The notes beneath the pieces are model-generated. The model did no database searches. It worked only from the letters and a program-made list of their open reading frames with translations, and was not told where the DNA came from. 59,036 nt of DNA from a virus (taxonomy: Duplodnaviria > Caudoviricetes). The position numbers were made by a program, and so were the translations under genes. The stretch is taken from IMG/VR virus record IMGVR_UViG_3300047548_001221, positions 1 through 59,036 of that record. One strand, 5' to 3'. Positions 48,501 to 54,151 of the stretch are shown here, in pieces (the stretch's first letter is position 1; each line of letters starts with the position of its first letter).

Positions 48501-50800
48501 GTACTGTAGTTCAGCCACAGATTACGTATTACGTTGCTTCGATATATGATTTTAATGAATTTAGAATTTCAGAAAACAGTTCTGCAACTGTAGCAGGAAG
48601 CTTTGTAATAGGAAAAGAGTATGTTATTATAGATCCGGGCACAACAAACTTTACGTTGATTGGTGCTTCAAGTAATGTTGCAGGAACCATATTCACTGCT
48701 ACTGGAAACGGAACAGGTAATGGCACCGCATGGGAAATCCTACAATTATCTGATGCAACCGGTGGTGCAGAGTTTATTTCTAATGATTATACATTTGGAA
48801 TTGCCGATAATGGAATTTCTGCATCGTTAATTTTCGCAACAGGTGCATATGATGCAACAGTGGATTATATAACATATACTTTATTCGGTGAAACTGTACC
48901 TATCCAATACGGATACACAATACCGGAAATGCAATTATTTACCGGCGACGGATCAACTACAACGTTTAGTTTAGTTAATTTTGTAGGTGATGATAATGCA
49001 AACAATGCAATTGTTGAAGTTAATGGATTAAGGCAAGATATTAGTGATTACACTATCAATACAATTACTAATGAAATTATTTTTGGAACAGCTCCATTGA
49101 ACGGAGACACTATTGCTGTTACGACTTACAATCAAACCGACAGGCAATATTTCAATACTCAATATAATATTACAGGTTCTACTGTAGCTAAAATAACTAA
49201 CATTAACAATAACATTGTTAATCCTATAGTAGTATCAATAACTGCAACAACATCAGGAACCAATGTTATCACATGTATTGATACTTCATTATTTGTTGCA
49301 GGTCAAACCATTGTGTTCAAAGGAATAAGCTTTGGTGGATTAGCAGTAGATGGTACTGTTTATTTTGTTAGAAACATTTTAAGTTCTACAACGTTTACGA
49401 TCGAGGATGAAAATGGAAACATCATTGTATTAAGTAATGGTTCAGGATCAATGTTTGCTGAAATAGGTGGTCAACCTTCTGTCAGAATTATAACAGTTAA
49501 TCCACACAATTTCAGTTCTCCGGTTAATGGCAATCAATTAATAAGAATTGACGGGGTGTTTGGATCAACACAATTGAATAACAAAACTTATTACGTGCAC
49601 GTAATAGACAGCTATACAGTAGATTTATATGAACAACCATATGATTCTGCGTTAGCGGCTATAAATTATCCTGTAACAAATGTAAGCACTTATACCGGCG
49701 GAGGATATATTTTCAACAATGATCTGTATACTATTGTAACTGTAAACGTGACATCTACAACAACAAGTCCTACATTAGGAAACAGATTAATTGTAGCAGA
49801 TACAAGCATGTTGATTGAAGGTACACCGATAATTTTCACAGGAACTTCATTAGGTGGAATAAGCTTGAACACAACTTATTATATTAAAGAAGTAGCTACC
49901 CCAACAGCATTTACTATTTCTGCCACTCGCGGTGGAGATGAAGTAATTCTAGCCAATGATTCAGGTTCTATGAATGCTACCCAATGGGAGCAAACCAATG
50001 TAGATAGACTTTGGGTAACGGTTAACGGTTATCGTGTTCCATCTTCATCACTGGTGTTAAATGAAAACAACCAATTAAGTATTTTAACAGAAATCAATCC
50101 TGCTGATTCAGTAATTATTACTAGTATGATGCCTAGTGCAACACCCAACGAAGAAGTATATTTATTAAACGTGGAACAAAATAATGCAGGAGTTGTATTC
50201 CGAGCAAATACGCAAACTAGAACTTGGTTAACACAACCATTAAGTAATACTAGTTCTACGATTTATGTTCAGGATGTGACAAGGTTGACAGATGTGATTA
50301 CACAAAATGTAACTGCACCTACTCCGGTAAATAACATTTATAACATCGGGTTGACATCAGATAAGAACATCATTTCTAGTGTAACAGTTGTTAATAATAC
50401 AACAGGACAAACAATATCTAGTTCTAATTTCAATGTAGCTGTTATTAGTTTGGCTCCAGTTTTACAAATCACAGATGGATCATATATAAATCCAGGTGAC
50501 TCTCTAACTATTATAGTATTAGAGGGCAACTTAATTTATGTTAACGGAGAGCAAATTAAATTTACTTCGGTTGATTTAGTCAACAACACATTAACAGGAT
50601 TACAGCGGGGAACTAATGGTACAGGTGAACAACAGTTTATTCCTAAATATGCTGAAGTTTACGGATTGCTATCTAATAACCAAATGAGTGATCCAAATTA
50701 TTCTAAAACATGGAATTCTAATGTATATTCAAATGACGGAGATCCATTGCAAATAAGTGTAACTGATTCGGCAATATTCTTGCGAACCGATATAAGTTGA
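30557..50800 (+). CDS. Giant mosaic baseplate/receptor-binding protein (6747 aa, gp7-like position)
   Basis: Uninterrupted 20.2-kb ORF after gp6; LNFLPEIFQT N-terminus, NEVKPYHV motif, FG-GAP-like and Asp-box propellers, many repeated beta-rich modules. Confidence 0.8.
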   Translation: MATRIRTLNFLPEIFQTPTNAQFLAATLDQVVAQPETKKIQGYIGSKFGYGINAKDYYVTEPTKVRKDYQLDPGIVFTKKNEAVAQDFISYPGILDALKLEGGLTKNNDRLFNSEFYSWDSFTNLDKIINFNQYYWIPNGPDSVIVSSETVFSSNDYIVKSLSNGYSIVPLTASEGASSTNPTIILLRGGTYTFEVNQDSQFWIQGEPGVTGYSATQPNLQTRDVYGVNNNGASVGIVTFNVPPKDAQDEYNFPGNNLVDVVSTLPFSEINGKPLSELGNIDGISSLENLTVMFYNTGDVNEIGYISNFFDSTAYDVNNGLVGPQTVTVTSTSGTTNLVTCANTNNLTVGGTVTFTGSPFGGLSAYSPTLPSTIYYITSIVNGTQFTVSTQQPDIALATQLVAGKIYIITSLGTTDFTIYGAPTNVVGTIFTATSSGIGTGTARELTTGLNFEIGETYTITSLGTTDFTLMGAASNTVGLTFIATGSGVVTAGSFVPGLNYVITSLGTTDWNAVAGTTGLSYIVGDIITAATSGSGTGQANQMTTGSGTGTAYVGATNAVLSSSSGSMILNYNLGLYEEGYYTNVSDYFYRITYIGDPSNPVIRLVEDSQIPTNEKITAVYGTQWISRNFYKNDAGTILLIPYITAPLDTLYYQDGTSPNKVGTIRIIESNILNTLDVERDILGKTQFTATNGVVFTNGLKVKFQGDVVPRSYLTGEYYVEGVGTSIELLPVENFVSPEGFTSGKYDPWDTIPWDTAAWEGDSYIPVTPDYITISRNSIDKNAWSRSNRWFHIDVINATATYNNNPNLVTLYTLPEYKAKRPIIEFYPNLKLFNLGIEGKNPVDFIDQRTTDAFGLVAGQQNYYPDVEVYTKYAGTISATNYSPTRSLTSYSLSTNEFTVNSTAGFRVNDLVVFNDTPPALGITTGSVYYITEILTGTTFKISSTRGGASVGFTIDLPDPPTYTGPWSMTWTPQSTTITISADDVIGAFTVGQYITDSTNQLPKNSQIVAISGTTIITLEVEWEVGSSVYIPITSNASLIATDTTNDNYALFEGSTIIFAADNDLNVRNKIYVSRFSDIAGSSIPVITLTEIQDGNVLPEQQTVALRGYFNQGKEFWFNGDNWIDGQQKTDVNQPPLFDIFDSNGISFGNSDIYQGTSFIGCKLFGYGIGTGPDDSILGFPIRYSSVENLGDISFDVSLNLDTFDYVSGTSPITQKVNTGYVYQYNTPNQPVRQIGWQTAVAPSVQYQLFEFEYDVLKPTLEFVCDINTINSTDIAWPVIKVAINNVILSDSEYTVSSTNVSTTITLNSSPVTNTIIQIALLSNQTSQQAFYSIPINLNNNPLNADIVVANVGDIRGQYQSMFYNNPNTTGEVFGSNNFRDLGNMVPWGDKIIQNSASLVLPGTLLRKTEHNLFNALMFNSKEYVKFKNLLVYTVQNADYQQRYDAATMLDDALDYITATKTDSQPFFWSDMIPNKAAYIVNTYSFANSLDVSIYPLSKTYDFTKANYYGVLVYLTRAVNNILVTRQLIKNTDYTISTDSPSLTITLDLLPGDVITIKEYNQTYGSYVPNTPTKLGLYPAHIPQVILDSNYSTPTYFIKGHDGSYTKLYGEYDPNTGILVDFRDQVLLEFELRIYNNLKLSATIPIQEYEIVPGFFRETDYTYEEWLYMYSTAFLNWVGQNRLDFKTQIYNAADPYTYNYSQSGNALNKKPISQGYWRGIYQYFYDTTNPNTAPWEMLGFTEMPSWWTSRYGPAPYTSDNLVLWEDLANGINWNNGNPIVIEQAVRPGLLDVIPVDSAGNLLEPLNCIVGNYNQNLFRRDWKVGDDAPVEFSYRRSSTYPFDLVRLMALMKPAQFFNLAVDLDNYKYNEEFNQYLVNDRSHLVIKDVEIYGDGTAKTSYLNWIVDYEKQIGIAATENIKTLFDNLDVRLIYRLAGFSDKILLQFFVEKGTPNSNNASLLIPDESYSVLLYDNQPFNRVMYSSIIVQQGNAGEYIVYGNSQSSAYFTTLKPKFSGNWKTFEVEDATVRITTEHFEQEQIIPYGTKFYSIQEVAQFVSDYGAYLEFLGMQFTEQENELTINWDQMIAEFLYWSQTGWEAGSIVTLNPAAKILVINKDSNIVQPLTLQQSNFVLNQNLYPVQLTDLAIVRDDTLFSVTALNDGDTISYGQFNLSNFEHGVVFDNVTVFGDIIYNLITGLRQTRIAVRGTKSAAWNGTVNAAGFIYNQNNIKEWNKFTKYTKGEIVIYKNKYWVATKVIQASEIFKEEDWKRTDYNEIQKGLLANPSTRSYESTLYYDTNQTNLEKDADQLSFSLIGYRPRDYLALADLTDITQINVYKNLIKNKGTRNSTNAFKGANLPQGGIDYDVYENWAIKSSQFGGVLNNNFIEVKLNEKYLTGNPSIVGLTNGVYNLGVQQEIPLYSIFNYERPVTDVNILSTISPDEPSVIYPTAGYVNFNDVKLTSFFYSQLPIGVNKNGIVIPIQEFYVRDYAWVANYKERWEVFTPSSIGRVVNAKNNLNETVTLTFDVPHNLRQYDPFAIVNFEENIDGYYIATIVIDPYRVMVNKVLDPSIKTITGQGVGLRLKTQRVATPADIASLPLLNTEFTKNTVWVDTNTDGSWGVYRKGINYQLQDQLTKTSSQSLGSAVAIGENLGYLIGDADDGKVYRYTFNDLTQTYQLVQTLTGGASFGSTIAYADDLYAIAETTGTTRNIKLYQLQNTTESDDLVLYQTLSVPGVSTTNWGQSISISGDKYWIYVSDIVQNTVYVYRRSHVTTPAGNFTIGQTYTIAELGDTDFKLVGATTNVVGISFIATGVGSGTGVAIKSTYVEAAIIDADALSLTTAGDNFGTSISTDYSGDRVVIGAPNQNYGTIDNWGYAYIFNRLVQNIEIQNNVTPTTLQLAWTPTTVQKTVSATNGAPNYTITLNDVVGLNVNDPVVFTATGSGLSGTNIVSDQIYYVHSIPSGTEIKIKETRFATSPYAVTTNASVSATLHVQTESLLVYRNGTIVDDNNYAVINDKLLYTGALSAGDIVTVSSNEIIYTQTLTTEESPQIGSQFGISLDANTYASEILIGAPFQLNSQIQEGAVYRFTDGGAKYGTIIGTGECNVTTARKILINGYLVYLAAGNAEDSANIIKASNITNVTATAINNKLVISLINIDLAPNNEKLSLSVDDYVTLQELGISIFTKTQEILCPHTEGPTQFGTVVKFNQYDSFIASAPAGTRYSATTFDFIDDENQDNDTIFDNNATQWIDQSPNFGAVYMFDFIPQYQSNILNPGKFIYAQSVNSPNIVYSPFNTYDQDTDVTENNQPRYGTALDFNGYSLIVGTPGDTGSTSGTTYSGSITTYNNILNVKDWTLFRYSAPVVDVNKLFNIQLFSAETNNTLINMDYIDPWQGKILGAARENIDVISNDDPATYNNTGTAPGGIVWGAAQIGKIWFNTSNIRYVNYHQNNDVVYNSQYWGTLFPGSDVAIYTWIASNVLPADYQGPGTPYQIDSYSIQYVINSAGALTPVYYYWVRDTNIIFADNGKTLADSIIASYIENPKNSGVSYFAPLLPNVYGLYNSGEYINATDSVLHLGFATGKNDDPSHQQFNLIRDGYASDFLPGVPLLPEQLPENLYDRMLDSLCGVDETGQVVPNPYLPRAVQTGVLARPRQSFFFNRFTALQNYLQYANTVLAQYPISEIRQSLFLNSSGPFYETADYWQYVNWWAPGYDNNTKSAMQVSIYADLSTLTVPVGTIVTVLTNNEGKSETYVYEAIGNWNRIGLENGTIEFKSSLWDYASVRLGYGDNFFDTDIYDQYPSEETRKIIRALNEEIYVQDLLIHRNKSLILLFEYIQSETSENQNYLPWLNKTSLIDVSHTIRELRPIEVFQTDNQEFLAGYLNEVKPYHVVIKEFVFKYTGEELYTGNITDFDLPAKYNKSLEQFVSPQLVYSNPSGSTEFLPNNTIWQEPEYSQWFENKGVSITGEKDFQLTTLASYISLNTASFAVDNAQGFPTNGVITIGTEKIGYSSVDRATNIISGLTRGVDGTNVSTHIPGALIYTDLPPVLLLNGGRGYTEPPKVVAYLDTTIYPAPTRTAVLEAVMSLDSVLRIDVIDPGQGYAALPTIKIDPAITINFSSEDVNPNIDTIRLYAPLLETGDLVQYKVGANSTAIGGLENNQWYYVNVLETVPTVVVGLYTNYLNSLVDHDRIAIYNAGTGVNHSLNLGARASAISTAYPIRENDITLRFDRTTYNSDIIEWIAGRYYGAFYAGSYSNSESVASSSITLQSTQPPIADILASAQGVAFEITDLRNERVITYSSFVRNVQSTENFDNSIRLILQDDGSGNPNASGGTLGFYVGMPIKFKGATGTSNLINDTVYYVNSIISLTDFTISANSSGSPILTLNDFNPTTVGGLECYVGEVTDTAVITVNYPGIRNITATTAITNKVTIPFNITGTGGTEGFYIDLPIFFTGTNNTLPQNGVFGGIVENQVYYVTTVVDEQTFTMSTTTNPLVFTVLSTDAGTDAVSIDGDTSKLYINEPIIFNTMVISGSKATSFGNIVSGKTYYVSAITSPSTFQISESINGPVFALSTVSAANNTSSLVTSQKDTVPLDTATGSTMVVNISLPVSPGQVNGQLFTMYETSEQYPNLVGNDGSLITRGVASLIGQRIIDGNPVDVNRIVLTNFNAGTNVALLLTNLYVNMPMEISEDLFDSSSYLTLGTTYYIVDMDIIEVEVTNTSQVTTGVTVTAGNFVTGSTYIIVTLGTTDFTLIGATSNTIGLKFTATGPGVGTGTANVVRNQLTCDTTESLFADMPISFTGAGIGGVNIDVEYYVKEVVDDHHFTITNTPGGLEIVVQTANGLMTGIGLPYIKLATTIGGTDVNPGDTEQAASINVASPAVVTVTEAPQNGNTIIFRNGNVPNGVALNTTYYVRNASSTTFNISLTPAGALVNSSGSSGSTTMINTTSATMDQTPSGIPEFDVSYILGGYRAIISSPGSGYAIDNKITISGTDMGGVSPENDLTLTVNSIDSLGEITSVICAGTVPGQNNQYYLKVISPTEFEIYQNALMTVPVSGLGLPYKGVTQSIVNNLTSGTETLTLDDASGFAVNDAVVFTGNLTPTVGSNPTITAGKTYYITSIVGNDITISDEPGGTNVDILTTVAADFTIAKSGSFVLLPEPFIFNQSIVKYNNRVYVCIISNNDDEFVFGKWELLTSGDRRLNAMDRVIGYYDPTSNMPGVDLSQLFEGITYPNSIYLGNPFQPDEQFPIDTILQDQPFYPTDVDIKAVAWDGTKYFAPADTPEYSAVITSENTNEWEISKLANTPLGVTDIIYAGGFYIITTNNNATPIFRSNDGVTWTTNSTGLNVASISLNSVSYLNSLWVAVGENIVSSDDTYIWRERFEFSNPSLENILYGVLGISLTNYTGFIAVGKGQQFDYSTGITLQEDINLIVTSTDGIIWNQLTPVSAKGLYGIAYNANNIVVVGEDGIIYTSTNGNNWLGVNEVKIISANSVANELNVTNTSGFTVGDIVYFSESFNVIVAGTPYYVVNIISSTQLQVSLTSGGLPITLNSNDPLVNTYMHLAYTSSLRDVAYSNGVYIAVGDNGLIKTSTTGSGLWNTQISGTTKNLRGITYNSDDGIWITVGDDNTILTSVDNGITWIASSIFAPQSTIYDVQGAEFTFGYGPEELVPGVVTDNLTMIVATRPGTNWNETIYQHVGYNVASLELSPQSGTQITYSFDVANVNNIQTPAKLSVFVINGTTGLCTTIYEGLDYSIDWITLTVTLNTPLAFTPVADRLRIDIYEVGNGSQLVKASTKTDPIRINETTGWNEIYVNCNYSGEIYQGSGVIRPGTSPIDAVCVETDAVSNSILCEDVSGFVLNNAITFQGTTFGGIQEDTVYYVKTISYVTNRITISTTFNGGTGTAGPTLSLTDGSGYMTAIISTGTGLVWTDPIIYHNGNKLLLGTTGTVTRTKAAPFNTITCSTTSSLAIGERVVFSDTMFGTVVQPQITYYVASIYDFNEFRISENSSATVAGSFVIGKEYVIIDPGTTNFTLIGASSNVAGTIFTATGNGTGNGTAWEILQLSDATGGAEFISNDYTFGIADNGISASLIFATGAYDATVDYITYTLFGETVPIQYGYTIPEMQLFTGDGSTTTFSLVNFVGDDNANNAIVEVNGLRQDISDYTINTITNEIIFGTAPLNGDTIAVTTYNQTDRQYFNTQYNITGSTVAKITNINNNIVNPIVVSITATTSGTNVITCIDTSLFVAGQTIVFKGISFGGLAVDGTVYFVRNILSSTTFTIEDENGNIIVLSNGSGSMFAEIGGQPSVRIITVNPHNFSSPVNGNQLIRIDGVFGSTQLNNKTYYVHVIDSYTVDLYEQPYDSALAAINYPVTNVSTYTGGGYIFNNDLYTIVTVNVTSTTTSPTLGNRLIVADTSMLIEGTPIIFTGTSLGGISLNTTYYIKEVATPTAFTISATRGGDEVILANDSGSMNATQWEQTNVDRLWVTVNGYRVPSSSLVLNENNQLSILTEINPADSVIITSMMPSATPNEEVYLLNVEQNNAGVVFRANTQTRTWLTQPLSNTSSTIYVQDVTRLTDVITQNVTAPTPVNNIYNIGLTSDKNIISSVTVVNNTTGQTISSSNFNVAVISLAPVLQITDGSYINPGDSLTIIVLEGNLIYVNGEQIKFTSVDLVNNTLTGLQRGTNGTGEQQFIPKYAEVYGLLSNNQMSDPNYSKTWNSNVYSNDGDPLQISVTDSAIFLRTDIS

Positions 50801-50802
50801 AA

Positions 50803-50810
50803 GATAAATA
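50803..50810 (+). promoter_or_regulatory. Late promoter (GATAAATA)
   Basis: 6 nt upstream of ATG 50817. Confidence 0.7.
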
Positions 50811-50816
50811 ATTACT

Positions 50817-50969
50817 ATGAATGAAAAACCCTCACAAAATATAAAAACCGAGCAAAAACCTGCTGAAAAAAAACCAAATGAACACGGTGGGTTTTACTTT
50901 TCTTCGTACCTGAAGATTTTTGATCCGAACACTAAACAAGTACTAGTTGCAAAAAGAGGTGATTCCTGA
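50817..50969 (+). CDS. Small protein (50 aa) not in the ORF track
   Basis: MNEKPSQNIKTEQKPAEKKPNEHGGFYFSSYLKIFDPNTKQVLVAKRGDS*; fills the gap exactly, own promoter, TGATG coupling to the next gene. Confidence 0.75.
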   Translation: MNEKPSQNIKTEQKPAEKKPNEHGGFYFSSYLKIFDPNTKQVLVAKRGDS

Positions 50970-51589
50970 TGTCAGTCATTACTTTATCATACAAAATTGA
51001 GGGTTTTCTCAAAATTTACGACCCTAATAACGGAGAAGTATTCGTAGACAAGAAAAATGCTATCAATTATGAAAACATGTCAGAAGCTATAGCTGATACA
51101 TTGAGCAGCCGTGGTTATGGGGAAATTTATGAAATGGCATTTGGTAACGGTGGCGCCAGTGTAGACGAAACAGGAGTTATTACGTATCTTCCCCCTAACA
51201 CTACAGGGCAAAATGCTGCACTTTATAACCAAACTTACGCCAAAATTGTAGATGATACTAGCGTTTTTAATTTAGATCCTACAAGAAATAAGATGACAGT
51301 TTCTCATACAACAGGTCGCGTATACACCGATATTTTAGTGCAATGTTTATTAGATTATGGCGAACCGGCCGGTCAGTCCGCCTTTGACAATAGTACTCAA
51401 ACTGATGGAGAATATGTTTTTGATGAATTAGGATTGTTGGCGAATTATGGTACAGATAATAACGGAAATGTAATTACTAGGTTACTGACTCATGTCATCT
51501 TTCACCCAGTACAAAAATCATTGAATAGACAAATTCAAATTGACTATACTGTTAGAATTCAGGCTTTAACTAATTTGGTAACTATATAA
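50969..51589 (+). CDS. Baseplate/fibre-attachment structural protein
   Basis: MAFGNGG, YVFDELGL, LLTHVIFHPVQKS motifs; context between the giant baseplate protein and fibre genes. Confidence 0.55.
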   Translation: MSVITLSYKIEGFLKIYDPNNGEVFVDKKNAINYENMSEAIADTLSSRGYGEIYEMAFGNGGASVDETGVITYLPPNTTGQNAALYNQTYAKIVDDTSVFNLDPTRNKMTVSHTTGRVYTDILVQCLLDYGEPAGQSAFDNSTQTDGEYVFDELGLLANYGTDNNGNVITRLLTHVIFHPVQKSLNRQIQIDYTVRIQALTNLVTI

Positions 51590-51597
51590 GATAAATA
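51590..51597 (+). promoter_or_regulatory. Late promoter (GATAAATA)
   Basis: Upstream of GGAG RBS and ATG 51622. Confidence 0.7.
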
Positions 51598-51621
51598 AAA
51601 TAATAGTGGAGTGATTTGAAA

Positions 51622-52839
51622 ATGGCATATACAATCGTTAAAAGTGATGGAACAGTTTTAACTACCATACCTGACGGCACAATAAATACGACAAGTACAT
51701 CTATAGGTCTTCCCGGAAGAAATTACGCAGGATATGGACAAACTTTAGATACTAATTTTGTCCATCAATTAGAAAATTTTGCAGACACCACTCCTCCCTC
51801 AAATCCATTAAGAGGTCAACTTTGGTTTAATACGAACAACAGTACTCTGTATGTTTGCCCTACTGACGGGGAAGCAAACGCATTAGCTTGGTTAGCACTT
51901 TCATCTACTAGTTCAGGTGGAACAACTACTTTCGGCGCTGTAACAGTTACTGGAAATGTCCAGGCTAATAATCTATCAGCAACTAATAATATAACAGCTA
52001 ACGCCGCATCTTTGAGTTATGTTACAGTATCTGCGAATGCGAACATTGCAGATGCAAATATAACTACAGCCAATATCGGGACTTTAACTACAACGCTAAT
52101 AACAACAGGTGCAAATACAACAACTGGATCATTGGTTGGTACTTGGACTATTAACGGTGGCGCCGGCGGCAATGCCTGGGTTATAACCAATGGTAATATT
52201 TTTATCGGTAATTCGGGCGGAGCTAATTTATACGGCATAAGAACAGACAAATACATGTATGCGAATGGTGATCCAATATCTTTTGCAGGTACATACGGTA
52301 ATAGTAATGTAGCAGGTTACTTACCGGTTTATAATGGAAACATTCTAACAGTTCAAACCCAAGCTACTGTAATCACTACTGGTGCTAATACAACACCTGG
52401 AAATATTACTGGTAACTGGACATTAACTGCAGGATCAAGATTTAATGCTACTTATGCTGACTTGGCAGAAAGATTTGAAGCAGATTCTGTCTACGATGCC
52501 GGAACTGTTGTCGAATTGGGCGGTGAAAAAGAAATTACTGCAGTTCAGTATGAATTAAGTGAAGATGTATTTGGGGTAATTTCAAATACTGCTGCATACT
52601 TAATGAATTCAGCCGCAGGTGACGATGAAACACACCCAGCAGTAGCAGTTTCAGGACGTGTAAACGTTAAAGTTATAGGCAAAGTTAAAAAGGGACAAAG
52701 ATTAGTAAGTGCTGGAAAAGGAATTGCCCGTGCAGGGAAAGCCGGTGAAGTCAATGCATTTAATACTATCGGAAGATCCCTACAGTCAAAAACAACAGAT
52801 GGAATTGGCACAGTCGAAGCCATTGTAATTATCAGATAA
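51622..52839 (+). CDS. Tail fibre protein with C-terminal intramolecular-chaperone-like domain
   Basis: N-terminal LPGRNYAGYGQ...LENFA...GQLWFN anchor; two ITTGANTT repeats; C-terminal YADLAERFEAD...GTVVELGG...GRVNVKV. Start set at ATG 51622 (GGAG at 51608). Confidence 0.7.
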   Translation: MAYTIVKSDGTVLTTIPDGTINTTSTSIGLPGRNYAGYGQTLDTNFVHQLENFADTTPPSNPLRGQLWFNTNNSTLYVCPTDGEANALAWLALSSTSSGGTTTFGAVTVTGNVQANNLSATNNITANAASLSYVTVSANANIADANITTANIGTLTTTLITTGANTTTGSLVGTWTINGGAGGNAWVITNGNIFIGNSGGANLYGIRTDKYMYANGDPISFAGTYGNSNVAGYLPVYNGNILTVQTQATVITTGANTTPGNITGNWTLTAGSRFNATYADLAERFEADSVYDAGTVVELGGEKEITAVQYELSEDVFGVISNTAAYLMNSAAGDDETHPAVAVSGRVNVKVIGKVKKGQRLVSAGKGIARAGKAGEVNAFNTIGRSLQSKTTDGIGTVEAIVIIR

Positions 52840-52848
52840 GGATCAATA

Positions 52849-53799
52849 ATGAGTTACGCACAGTATGGCTTAATAGAAGCAGCAGACTTCAATAACTTAG
52901 TAGGTGGGAACCCTGTAACTGCTAGTGGTAAATTAAATACTGTCTGGGCTACGGGCGGAACAAATGCAGGATATGGACAGACGGCAGTCGCAAACGTCAG
53001 TGCAGGATCACCTGTAGCTGCATCTAATTGGGCTTCTTTAGTAAACAATACAGCAAATGCCGCAACACACCAAGGATCTAGTATTACTAGCGTTACGGCC
53101 CCTTCATCTGGTGGAACAATAACCTTTCTTTCTGCTATTCCTACTAACCTTACTACAATTTATAATAATAGATTGAACGCAGGAAGTCAAGGTTCAACCA
53201 CTTCAAATACTGCAACTTATGCAAGTACGTGGAGTTCAGCAATAACGTTTACTCATACTGCTACATTTGCAAACGGTGACGCTGCTAGATATTTTTTTAA
53301 TGCAGGTGGACAGTTAGCTATTACGTGTTCACACCCTAGCGGTACCGGTATTAACTTACTCTTAAACAACTTAGCCAGCAATATCGGTACAGTAGTTTTA
53401 AGCGCCCCAACATCAGGTACAGCAACCATCGCAGGTACAGCATACAACGGAATTACTAAAGTCGGTGGAGGTGGAAACTCACCTACGACTTCTCCGAATA
53501 CTGGATACTACGCACTTACAACTGCAAATGCTACAGTATTCACACAAACAGCCAGCACAGGTCCTAGTGGATATTTAGCTACATTTATTCGTGTAATTAT
53601 TAGATCAAACGGTACACAAGGTTCTAATGGTGACGCCGGCAGTGTAATTACAATTCACACAGTTTGGGATGAAGTTCCCGACGGTTTAGTAGCTTCTGCA
53701 AACTCAGCTACTACCTTAACAGTAAGACCCCCATCGACTACTAACATAGCAAATAGTTGGGGATCAATAACATTAACCGGAACTGTCACGGGATCATAA
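52849..53799 (+). CDS. Virion structural/fibre-associated protein (Ala/Gly/Thr/Ser-rich)
   Basis: AARYFFNAGG motif, beta-rich composition, AAGGA RBS. Confidence 0.55.
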   Translation: MSYAQYGLIEAADFNNLVGGNPVTASGKLNTVWATGGTNAGYGQTAVANVSAGSPVAASNWASLVNNTANAATHQGSSITSVTAPSSGGTITFLSAIPTNLTTIYNNRLNAGSQGSTTSNTATYASTWSSAITFTHTATFANGDAARYFFNAGGQLAITCSHPSGTGINLLLNNLASNIGTVVLSAPTSGTATIAGTAYNGITKVGGGGNSPTTSPNTGYYALTTANATVFTQTASTGPSGYLATFIRVIIRSNGTQGSNGDAGSVITIHTVWDEVPDGLVASANSATTLTVRPPSTTNIANSWGSITLTGTVTGS

Positions 53800-53821
53800 T
53801 TTTTAAGTAAAAAAATATCCA

Positions 53822-53829
53822 TCTAAATA
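53822..53829 (+). promoter_or_regulatory. Late promoter (TCTAAATA) heading the glycosyltransferase/radical SAM operon
   Basis: Followed by AGGAG and ATG 53846. Confidence 0.6.
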
Positions 53830-53845
53830 CTTTTAGGAGTGCTTG

Positions 53846-54151
53846 ATGGATACAAAAAACCTAATTAATGAAGCTAAGGCTCGTTTTAACCACAATTCTG
53901 CCAAAGCTTATCTTAAAGAAAAATACCAAACACGACTGATTATTGCTGAGCAAGGCGGTCTTTGGCGTGCCAATATCGAAACTATTAACTTTTTGAGTAT
54001 AGCCAAAAGTGATCGAGTAATTTTAATAGATACATTTGAAAACCCTGTTGAAGTTAATCGAGAAGAATTACTATCTAAGTTGCTGGAAGTATACAATAGG
54101 GTGATGAAAGAATGGCACCAAGAATGGTCAGAACTTGAGAAAAAAAGATGA
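53846..54151 (+). CDS. Hypothetical helical protein (possible fibre chaperone)
   Basis: AGGAG RBS at 53835; ATGA overlap with the next gene. Confidence 0.65.
   Translation: MDTKNLINEAKARFNHNSAKAYLKEKYQTRLIIAEQGGLWRANIETINFLSIAKSDRVILIDTFENPVEVNREELLSKLLEVYNRVMKEWHQEWSELEKKR

Noticed and set aside
30557-50800. Alternative genetic code or fused genes explaining the giant ORF; short antisense ORFs within it
   Set aside because: Open in code 11 throughout, and neighbouring genes end normally at TAA/TGA; the antisense ORFs are shadows of Thr/Gly/Val-rich codons.
51622-53799. Diversity-generating retroelement target/template repeat in fibre genes
   Set aside because: No reverse transcriptase in the window, and no near-identical repeat pair differing at adenines was noticed.
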